This document shows positions 57,327 through 64,000 of a stretch of DNA of 64,000 nucleotides, one piece after another; positions within the stretch are counted from its first letter, which is position 1; every line of letters begins with the position of its first letter. The notes under the pieces are model-generated. The model was not told where the DNA came from, made no database searches, and saw only the letters and a list, made by a program, of their open reading frames with translations. The translations under genes were made by a program, and so were the position numbers. Source of the DNA: Escherichia phage VTCCBPA_322. The stretch is from sequence record PP989839.1; one strand, given 5' to 3'.

Positions 57327-57566
57327 TTAGCCAGCATTAAATGATGACAATACTATTCCTGGTTCCACACCTTCTGTGGCAATACCCAGGTACTCGACAT
57401 GTACTTTATCTGGGGAAGAACACCAAGCGGAGTATGTACTCCATTCTCCGTCTGGGCTAATAAGACGAGCCTCTTCTGCGGTTTTAGCTGCTACCACAGC
57501 AGAATCATATGTATCCCAATCCGTATTTTCTTCTTGGCTAATAAGCCATAGTTTTAATCTACTCAT
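57327..57566 (-). CDS. small hypothetical protein
   Basis: 79 aa between the two RNAPII subunit genes. Confidence 0.4.
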   Translation of the reverse strand: MSRLKLWLISQEENTDWDTYDSAVVAAKTAEEARLISPDGEWSTYSAWCSSPDKVHVEYLGIATEGVEPGIVLSSFNAG

Positions 57567-58377
57567 CGTTTACTAACTCCTTATCAGCGAACTCCAGTAC
57601 AGCTTTGTTGTAACTGGTTCCCTGATAGTTAATGTGATAGCCCTGAGCATAAGTACGCCCACGTTTGTCATATTTGTGACCCAGTGAGAAGTTATTACCC
57701 TCTTTGGTCACTAACTCCATTACTTCCTTAGCGGTACGGCTGTACTTCTCAAAGGCTTTAACACGTTTCTCGTATTCCTGTCGGGTTTCACCCTCTTTGG
57801 GCTTATCCATATTAGGGCGAGAGTCTTTTACATAATTAGCAACATCCCAGTTGATACTTAGACGTTGATTATTCATACGGTTAATATGGTCAAGACAGAC
57901 ATCCATCTCATGATGGTTCTTCTTGAGGATGATACTGCCCCTGCTCTCGTAGTAACCTGTATCACGGTTACACAGAACAGGCTTAGGAGCACTTACGATA
58001 GGTAATGGATACTGGAATGCTTCCAGTTCCATCTGAACATCTTCACTAATCTCATAGATAACACCGAACTTGTCGATGGTAGGGTCATAGTTGAAGCAGT
58101 CATTCTCTGCCATCTTATACAGACAGTCAGCGATGTACTGAGCGTCATCTGAGTGGCTCATGAGAGAGCCAATCATAGTCTGGATGTCGGCTCGTTTATG
58201 TAGGGCAATCTGCACCATTGCATCAATGAGCAGCTTATAATCAATTTCCAAATAGGCAGCGAATGCCCTAAAGTCAATTTCTTCGGAGTCCTCAAATTCC
58301 TTCCTCATGCGAGGGAGTAATTGATTTTTGTTGAAAAGAATTTCGAGTTGCTTCTGATGTTCAATAGATGAGTACAT
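57559..58377 (-). CDS. phage RNA polymerase II, small subunit (N4 gp15-like)
   Basis: 272 aa immediately upstream of catalytic subunit gene; assignment by synteny and size. Confidence 0.6.
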   Translation of the reverse strand: MYSSIEHQKQLEILFNKNQLLPRMRKEFEDSEEIDFRAFAAYLEIDYKLLIDAMVQIALHKRADIQTMIGSLMSHSDDAQYIADCLYKMAENDCFNYDPTIDKFGVIYEISEDVQMELEAFQYPLPIVSAPKPVLCNRDTGYYESRGSIILKKNHHEMDVCLDHINRMNNQRLSINWDVANYVKDSRPNMDKPKEGETRQEYEKRVKAFEKYSRTAKEVMELVTKEGNNFSLGHKYDKRGRTYAQGYHINYQGTSYNKAVLEFADKELVNDE

Positions 58378-58397
58378 CGCATATTCTCCTAACTAAT

Positions 58398-58631
58398 TTA
58401 AATAATACTTGCTATTAGAGTCCTGGTTTTATGCTCACTAGCACATCGGTAATACATTCTTATGTGGTTTCCATGGAAGTTATGTCTCCATGCCCACGGG
58501 AAGGATAATTCTACTTCACACCAGTTATTAGGGCTTTCATATGCCCCTTTAACTGCTTCTTTAATCTTTGGGTAATTACCCCATTTATGCTTATGTTTCT
58601 TAGCTATGATCTGCTGAATTGATACTGACAT
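58398..58631 (-). CDS. small hypothetical protein
   Basis: ATG at 58631 with AAGGA RBS; directly downstream of conserved hairpin motif. Confidence 0.45.
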   Translation of the reverse strand: MSVSIQQIIAKKHKHKWGNYPKIKEAVKGAYESPNNWCEVELSFPWAWRHNFHGNHIRMYYRCASEHKTRTLIASII

Positions 58632-58637
58632 TTCATA

Positions 58638-58659
58638 TCCTTAAGCTGCGGAGCAGCTT
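58638..58659 (-). promoter_or_regulatory. conserved hairpin motif TCCTTAA-GCT-GCGGAGC-AGC; candidate virion-RNAP early promoter upstream of RNAPII operon
   Basis: 7-bp stem AAGCTGC/GCAGCTT with 3-nt purine loop GGA on plus (template) strand; shares core with sites at 63123 and 63897. Confidence 0.45.
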
Positions 58660-59009
58660 TAACTCCAGTAGTTGTAAGCATCGCCTAAATGTTTACGCCA
58701 TGCTTCGGGTAACAGTACATTACCTGTTACATTAATGAACTGGTATGGGTCCAGGTAGTCATTACTCATGACTTTGAAATTCCACTGTGGATTAGAGGAG
58801 GCATAGGCAATGAAGCCTTCAATGAAGCCATAAATAGCACCCTCTTTGATACGGTTACCATTGCCATCTCTTACTGGAATAGCAAAGCTATTACCATAAT
58901 GACCATAGGCCATACCCCAGCGAGCACCATGTTTTTTATAAGCTAATTTGGCAGAAGCATTAGTATGCTGTCCAAGTGTATTAGTAGTGAATACGAAGAT
59001 TTCTTTCAT
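58659..59009 (-). CDS. hypothetical protein
   Basis: 116 aa. Confidence 0.5.
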   Translation of the reverse strand: MKEIFVFTTNTLGQHTNASAKLAYKKHGARWGMAYGHYGNSFAIPVRDGNGNRIKEGAIYGFIEGFIAYASSNPQWNFKVMSNDYLDPYQFINVTGNVLLPEAWRKHLGDAYNYWS

Positions 59010-59215
59010 TTGAGTAGTTTCCTTAAGCCTTTATAGGCTTCTTGGGAAGTCATGTTAAATTCGGGACGACCTGCAATATAAAGGTCTAATTCTTTTAGAG
59101 CCAACTCATGGTCATGCTGTTCCTTCTTGGTTCTACAATGACCACACTTGCCATCCCATTGGGATACATGACCTTTACCACATTTGCATTGTTTACCCAT
59201 TAGGATTCTCCACAA
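59006..59215 (-). CDS. small zinc-ribbon protein
   Basis: CKCGKG...CGHC four-Cys pattern. Confidence 0.45.
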   Translation of the reverse strand: MWRILMGKQCKCGKGHVSQWDGKCGHCRTKKEQHDHELALKELDLYIAGRPEFNMTSQEAYKGLRKLLK

Positions 59216-59573
59216 AGTAGTTATACATAGCTTTTACTAGCTTCTCTTTAATAACCTCACCATGACATGGTTTCGGATAACAGAAGCACTGTAAGGTCAG
59301 CCCTTTCTCGTCAATGGCTTTATTACCAAGACGATTAAGTTCATCCAGTACAACTGGATTCTTTCTCATGATTTGTTCATGAAGCCATGCTCGATATTTG
59401 GCTATAACCTGTTCTCTTGAACCGTCTTTACCAATAACGAATGGATTGCCTAATGGTGAGCCACGCCCGATATACTCTCCGGATTTACCATGATGTTTAT
59501 TAACAATGATAATTGGACGTGCATATACACCAAGCAAAGCATTAGTGTCATCACCTAATGTAATAGTCTTCAT
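59193..59573 (-). CDS. DUF4326-like protein
   Basis: motifs GRGSPLGNPF, AKYRAWL, LQCFCYPKPCHG. Confidence 0.45.
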   Translation of the reverse strand: MKTITLGDDTNALLGVYARPIIIVNKHHGKSGEYIGRGSPLGNPFVIGKDGSREQVIAKYRAWLHEQIMRKNPVVLDELNRLGNKAIDEKGLTLQCFCYPKPCHGEVIKEKLVKAMYNYFVENPNG

Positions 59574-59576
59574 TTT

Positions 59577-59801
59577 TTATTTACCTTGAATTACTAAGTG
59601 AGATTCATATAGGTCAACCTTTGCAGAACTTACTACAGGAATTATTTCATCTGTCTTGCTAATACGCATAGCAGAGCAACCAACTTTCATCCATAAGTAG
59701 GTATCAGAATCTTCATTCAGGAAACGAAATACATCACCATTTGATAAGTCTTTAAATTGAAGTACAGGTAAGGGCTTCTTCTTAATTACTTCTACTTTCA
59801 T
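59577..59801 (-). CDS. small hypothetical protein
   Basis: 74 aa. Confidence 0.45.
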   Translation of the reverse strand: MKVEVIKKKPLPVLQFKDLSNGDVFRFLNEDSDTYLWMKVGCSAMRISKTDEIIPVVSSAKVDLYESHLVIQGK

Positions 59802-59802
59802 A

Positions 59803-60126
59803 TTACTGACCTTTGGGGTTAAGTACCTGGAAAGCGAACACAGGGCGTTTACTACGCCACTGGTTCATAGCTAGTTCACTGGTTTCAGAACCATCATGTA
59901 AGTCATAAATAAATGAGATTACATAGTCTGGTTCTTCTGGGAAATTCTCTGTAGAGAATGGTAAACCTGATTCCTTAAGAATAGGAACCAGTGGAGATTC
60001 TGCATTGCAGTAGAGGGTAAACTCTTCATTGAATGCCTGGCTTGTTTGAGATACATAATCAATATTACGCATCATTTTATCTACATCTGTAAATGTAGAA
60101 TCATGAACTACTAGAATAGTTTTCAT
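59803..60126 (-). CDS. hypothetical protein
   Basis: 107 aa. Confidence 0.45.
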   Translation of the reverse strand: MKTILVVHDSTFTDVDKMMRNIDYVSQTSQAFNEEFTLYCNAESPLVPILKESGLPFSTENFPEEPDYVISFIYDLHDGSETSELAMNQWRSKRPVFAFQVLNPKGQ

Positions 60127-60377
60127 ACCTTTCTTAATGTCCCATAAATGTTATTATCGACAATACTCAAATCACAAAAACCAATCTCTTCTTGTCTCCC
60201 AGAGGATACCCAGATATTGTTTTCTGTTAGCTTAGGCTTCTTAGAGAAGCCTATTAAGGAGGTATTAGCACTCTTATATTGTCGAGTATATAGAGCTATA
60301 TACTTAACCCAGTGAGGCACTTGGATAGTATGTCCCATATATTCCACAGTCTTACCTGTAGGGTATGTAATAATCAT
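60123..60377 (-). CDS. small hypothetical protein
   Basis: 84 aa; ATGA overlap. Confidence 0.45.
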   Translation of the reverse strand: MIITYPTGKTVEYMGHTIQVPHWVKYIALYTRQYKSANTSLIGFSKKPKLTENNIWVSSGRQEEIGFCDLSIVDNNIYGTLRKV

Positions 60378-60686
60378 TTAGTACCTCACAATATATACAG
60401 GTTTATTAAGCTTATTCATGATATCAATCATGTGCTTGGTTCCTTTGGAATTACCATCCCAGAAGCATACAGCAGCATCTGCAAATTCACCCATTTCCTG
60501 GTTACGTATATAACCAGCACGTTTACCTAGTCTGACCCAGTCAGCAGGAAATTTATTTATTACCATTCCTGTTCCACCCCAAAGGTTATATGCTGTAAGG
60601 TCTGCTCCATAAGCCATACCACATACTAATTCTGGACATTCAGGTATATTTCCTGAATTTACTAACTTCTGTAGTTCAGCAATCAT
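60378..60686 (-). CDS. SLOG-family (DUF2493-like) Rossmann-fold protein
   Basis: motifs GMAYGADLTAYNLW, RNQEM, CFWDGNSKGTKHMI. Confidence 0.45.
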   Translation of the reverse strand: MIAELQKLVNSGNIPECPELVCGMAYGADLTAYNLWGGTGMVINKFPADWVRLGKRAGYIRNQEMGEFADAAVCFWDGNSKGTKHMIDIMNKLNKPVYIVRY

Positions 60687-60724
60687 AAGATTAGTGTCAG
60701 TGAAGTCACGTCCACCAGCTACAA

Positions 60725-60952
60725 TCAGTTTCGTTTTTGATATCCTTGCATATAGTTAATACGGCGAATACGTTGAGTAGATGCCTTAACAGCCATCTGT
60801 TGATTTTCTTGTTTATGCTGATTAGTCAGTATCTTATCCCATTCTTTCTGGTTCCTTTGTTTCTGTAATATACGACTACAACGCTTATGATTGGCAACTC
60901 CACGTCCTTTTTTACAGACTGGGCAAATACCATAATCGTTTGAGTACATCAT
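60725..60952 (-). CDS. small zinc-ribbon protein
   Basis: CPVCKK...HKRC pattern. Confidence 0.4.
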   Translation of the reverse strand: MMYSNDYGICPVCKKGRGVANHKRCSRILQKQRNQKEWDKILTNQHKQENQQMAVKASTQRIRRINYMQGYQKRN

Positions 60953-61257
60953 TGGCTTAAAGCCTCCATTAATATTTTACGAATAACGTTAACATCAGAT
61001 TCAGTACCAATTAAACCAACAGGTTTACCTGTACTATCTGTTACAAAACCAGCAATCCTTTCCATTTCTGCTGTAATTAGTTTGTCACCACTAATAAGAC
61101 GATTACGAAGGTAAGCCTCATAAGCTACCTCTATATCTTCTACTGTGGTTCTTTCATTACGAGCGAATGGATTACTTAATGGGAAGGGTAAATGTACCCG
61201 TATATTCCTGTCAGCTACTTTAGCTTGGTGAGGAAGTATACATACTATTTCATTCAA
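60949..61257 (-). CDS. hypothetical protein, possible DUF4326-like paralogue
   Basis: 102 aa; LSNPFARNERTTVEDIEVAYEAYL resembles N-terminal motif of 59193-59573 product. Confidence 0.45.
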   Translation of the reverse strand: MNEIVCILPHQAKVADRNIRVHLPFPLSNPFARNERTTVEDIEVAYEAYLRNRLISGDKLITAEMERIAGFVTDSTGKPVGLIGTESDVNVIRKILMEALSQ

Positions 61258-61298
61258 GGTTATTTCTCCTATTTAAATACATATCTAACTATTCAAGA

Positions 61299-61332
61299 AT
61301 AAAAAATAGGAGCCTCCTAATGGAGGACTCCT
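61299..61332 (-). terminator. intrinsic terminator
   Basis: minus strand AGGAGTCCTCC-ATTA-GGAGGCTCCT followed by ATTTTTTATTCTT. Confidence 0.65.
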
Positions 61333-61334
61333 TA

Positions 61335-61523
61335 TTATTTAATACACGGATGATTGAAAGTTACGATGATATCGTCTTTAATCTTCATATTAGTAACTGG
61401 ATTGAGTTGACCAGGTGCACCAACATAAGCAACAGTGTCGTTACCCTTACTTAATGCTGACTTATTACGTTTACGCATACGAACAACATCTTCTTTGGTT
61501 CCCATGATTAATGACTTACGCAT
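61335..61523 (-). CDS. small basic hypothetical protein
   Basis: ATG at 61523 with GGAG RBS (track start 61568 lacks RBS). Confidence 0.4.
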   Translation of the reverse strand: MRKSLIMGTKEDVVRMRKRNKSALSKGNDTVAYVGAPGQLNPVTNMKIKDDIIVTFNHPCIK

Positions 61524-61890
61524 GTTTAGTACTCCACATAAAGTTAAAAGGTTTATTGTTACGTACAATTCTTACAACCATTTGATAGCCATTGAGCTGC
61601 ACAACACCATAGTGTCGTTTCTGTACACCAGTGTGATATCTACGAAAGATACATTCTTCAATGGCATCTTCTATGTTAGTGAATATCACTGGTTCTCCCG
61701 TAATATCGACAACTAAGCACAGGTGAATAACGTTTACACATCGCCACCTGGCTCATCTCTGCCACGAGCATTACTTGCTACGGAAGTGAACATACCAATA
61801 ACTATGCCTACTGCTAATAACCACGGGAATGCAGCTACCAGCAGTATCATTAATAAAGTACACAGAATCTCTGCCAGCAGCTTCATAGCA

Positions 61891-62295
61891 TTATCCTTCC
61901 AGTTGTTTAGGCAACATTGCCATTAGTTGTTTAGCCATAGACTCACACTCATCGGTGCAATATTGCTCATCTCGCCATACACCCTCTGAGTACATGTGCA
62001 AGCCTTCCAACGGAGTACCCTTGTACTTCTCTGGGCATTTCATGAGGTCACCATAATGAGCACAATCAAAACCAATAACAATTTTGTCCTCTAATTGAGG
62101 AAGTGCATCCTGATAAGTAACACCACCATGAACTGAGATGCATACTTCTGAGTCATAATTCATGAAGTCTTTGTCTACTAAGTCAGCAGGTAATGCTACG
62201 TAACCACAATGGTGAGAACCATCATTCACTAACAGGATTACAGCAGGTAAGACAGCTTCAGTAGTCCAGCTTTTTACGATTTTATGAGTAGTCAT
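61891..62295 (-). CDS. hypothetical protein
   Basis: 134 aa; conserved-looking His/Cys positions (SHHCGY, GFDCAH). Confidence 0.5.
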   Translation of the reverse strand: MTTHKIVKSWTTEAVLPAVILLVNDGSHHCGYVALPADLVDKDFMNYDSEVCISVHGGVTYQDALPQLEDKIVIGFDCAHYGDLMKCPEKYKGTPLEGLHMYSEGVWRDEQYCTDECESMAKQLMAMLPKQLEG

Positions 62296-62296
62296 C

Positions 62297-62488
62297 TTAT
62301 TTATTTCCTTTGTGAAGTTTACGGATTTGTTTACGAGTAGGTTTAGCTACAAAGAAGTGGTCATAATGCTGACCATTCTTGTCTTCTACAGATACCTGCC
62401 AACGAGCATTAAGTGACATCTTGCCACCATAACACTGTACCATCTTAATCAGCTTCTGAGAGTTATAACGGTTACATACTGTACGCAT
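62297..62488 (-). CDS. small hypothetical protein
   Basis: 63 aa. Confidence 0.4.
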   Translation of the reverse strand: MRTVCNRYNSQKLIKMVQCYGGKMSLNARWQVSVEDKNGQHYDHFFVAKPTRKQIRKLHKGNK

Positions 62489-62592
62489 AATGGTTACTCC
62501 TTCATCTAATATAAATCTATATCTATCTGGTTACTGTTTCAGTACCCTTCGTCTAAAGATACTCAAAAAGTAGAAATAGCTTATCGTCTAGT

Positions 62593-62624
62593 TAAAAATA
62601 AAAGACTCCCCAAAGGGAGTCTTA
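62593..62624 (-). terminator. intrinsic terminator
   Basis: minus strand AAGACTCCC-TTTG-GGGAGTCTT followed by TTATTTTTAAC. Confidence 0.7.
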
Positions 62625-62631
62625 TGGTTGA

Positions 62632-63114
62632 TTAGAAAGTCAGTTTACGAGCATATTTATTCTCGTCTGCTGGGATGTCAGCAGCCTCTGCTTTCACACG
62701 GCGAAGTTGAACTTGCAGGTTAATGATACCTTCTTCACCTGGTTCCAGGTTCTGAGCATATTCGATTAACTGTTCCAGTAAGTCGTTCTGTGCACAACGC
62801 ATAGCACGGAAGTCAGCATTGCTGCTATTAGTAGGCAGCGGTTCCTGAGTATCCAGTGGAATACCTGTAGGCAGTGAGATGAATTTCTCATCATCAGAAC
62901 CTTCATTAGCTACATAACCAATGTTCAGCCAGAACTGAGCTTTTGGTTTATCAGCTTTAGCAGTAGAAGTAGCAGCAGCGTTAGATTGACCGAAAGTGAA
63001 TTTTTGAATAGACATTTTGTACTCTCCAGATAAATGATTGTTTGATTTATGGGTTTGTCCGTCGGTGACTAAACCCAAGAAAAGACTTAAGATTTCAATG
63101 ATTAGTGGATGCAT
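62632..63114 (-). CDS. acidic hypothetical early protein
   Basis: ATG at 63114 lies about 9 nt downstream of candidate promoter hairpin; alternative start at 63015 has GGAGAG RBS. Confidence 0.45.
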   Translation of the reverse strand: MHPLIIEILSLFLGLVTDGQTHKSNNHLSGEYKMSIQKFTFGQSNAAATSTAKADKPKAQFWLNIGYVANEGSDDEKFISLPTGIPLDTQEPLPTNSSNADFRAMRCAQNDLLEQLIEYAQNLEPGEEGIINLQVQLRRVKAEAADIPADENKYARKLTF

Positions 63115-63122
63115 TTAAATCA

Positions 63123-63144
63123 TCCATAAGACGCGGAGCGTCTT
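63123..63144 (-). promoter_or_regulatory. conserved hairpin motif TCCATAA-GAC-GCGGAGC-GTC; candidate virion-RNAP early promoter
   Basis: 7-bp stem AAGACGC/GCGTCTT with GGA loop on plus strand; same core as 58638 and 63897. Confidence 0.45.
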
Positions 63145-63149
63145 GGTTT

Positions 63150-63449
63150 TTAAGACAAACGTTTAAGCAATTCTGCCTTAGCAGATTTGTAGTCAGAACT
63201 ATCTTGTCTTACTGCATCTTCGAAGCGAGCCAGTAGTTCTTCCTTATCTGGTTCTCCTTCACAGGATTCCCATTGCCATACATAACCAGTTAGTGGAACT
63301 AGTTCTCCTTCCACAAAGTAAGGATTGTTGTCAGAATCTCTAACAGTAGACTCTTCGGTAAGACGGATACGTTTCCCTTCTAATTCTCCTACGATAATTG
63401 TTCCAACAGGAACATCAACAGAACCTTTGATACAACGGAATTTAGCCAT
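63150..63449 (-). CDS. hypothetical early protein
   Basis: 99 aa. Confidence 0.5.
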   Translation of the reverse strand: MAKFRCIKGSVDVPVGTIIVGELEGKRIRLTEESTVRDSDNNPYFVEGELVPLTGYVWQWESCEGEPDKEELLARFEDAVRQDSSDYKSAKAELLKRLS

Positions 63450-63499
63450 TATCTATCTCCAAAGTAGATAGTTATCTACTTTTGACTATCTATCTAATG

Positions 63500-63530
63500 T
63501 TTATAAAAGGAGACTCCGAAGAGCCTCCTA
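63500..63530 (-). terminator. intrinsic terminator
   Basis: minus strand AGGAGGCTC-TTCG-GAGTCTCCT followed by TTTATAAAC. Confidence 0.6.
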
Positions 63531-63536
63531 TGTGAC

Positions 63537-63860
63537 TTAGTCTTTAGTCAGGATGTCAATTACTTTTGAATATTCTGCGTTATAGATACGAGCGTTCTCA
63601 GAATCCTTACAGAATTCCTCAATACTTTTCTTACGCAGAGTCTCAGTCATAGCTGTTTCCTCTGCCAGTTTATTAACGAATGTATGCATTTCTAATTTAG
63701 TACGAATGGCTTGTTTCTCTGCCATAGTACTTACATATGAATTAAGCATACCTACTGCTTTAGTTGCTGTACCGAATGTATCTGCAACAGTAGTAGCAGC
63801 TGAGTTAACAGTACCAAGTAAAGTTCCTGCGGTCATACGTACAGTAGCTTGAGTAGTCAT
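63537..63860 (-). CDS. hypothetical first early protein
   Basis: ATG at 63860 with GGAG RBS; 107 aa. Confidence 0.5.
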   Translation of the reverse strand: MTTQATVRMTAGTLLGTVNSAATTVADTFGTATKAVGMLNSYVSTMAEKQAIRTKLEMHTFVNKLAEETAMTETLRKKSIEEFCKDSENARIYNAEYSKVIDILTKD

Positions 63861-63896
63861 GATGATAGCTCCAATAGTTGATGATAGGACGACATG

Positions 63897-63916
63897 TCCA
63901 TAACATGCGGAGCATG
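63897..63916 (-). promoter_or_regulatory. conserved hairpin motif TCCATAA-CAT-GCGGAGC-ATG; candidate virion-RNAP early promoter for leftmost early gene
   Basis: 5-bp stem CATGC/GCATG with GGA loop on plus strand, about 40 nt upstream of start codon at 63860. Confidence 0.45.
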
Positions 63917-64000
63917 TGTAACGTGTAAGGTGGGGTAGGGTAGTGGCTACACCGTCAACATACCGGGGGGCTAGTTGAGTGTAAGGGTGTAGCCCCAGCC

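Noticed and set aside
1-64000. CRISPR arrays, integrase/attachment sites, transposases
   Set aside because: No regularly spaced direct repeats, no tyrosine/serine recombinase-like ORF, no IS-like inverted repeats flanking a transposase; genome appears strictly lytic

Overview
This window looks like most of the genome of an N4-like podophage (Schitoviridae-type layout), inferred from gene content, order and motifs only; no database search was possible. The plus strand (31-28096) carries the late module: tail-associated protein, beta-helix tailspike, a lysis cassette (membrane protein, holin, GH108 endolysin, i-spanin with embedded o-spanin), portal, scaffold-like protein, major capsid protein, virion proteins, and a 3570-aa virion RNA polymerase. 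The minus strand (28137-63860) carries the early and middle modules: SSB-like protein, RuvC-like resolvase, P-loop ATPase, primase, PD-(D/E)xK nuclease, family A DNA polymerase, SF1 helicase, MazG-like protein, rIIA/rIIB-like pair, ThyX-like protein, dCTP deaminase-like protein, MoxR ATPase plus VWA protein, Imm-like membrane protein, Ig-like decoration protein, a split T7-like RNA polymerase, and about 16 small early genes. The two modules converge on a bidirectional terminator at 28098-28128. The most unusual part is a 2.2 kb ORF-free, hairpin-rich region (28969-31130) holding three tandem tRNA-like elements on the minus strand, two of them about 125 nt long with perfect acceptor stems, canonical T-arms and encoded CCA. 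Three early-region hairpins share the core TCC(A/T)TAA-NNN-GCGGAGC and are candidate virion-RNAP promoters. Several start codons were re-set from the ORF track where it used GTG/TTG or ran through a terminator.
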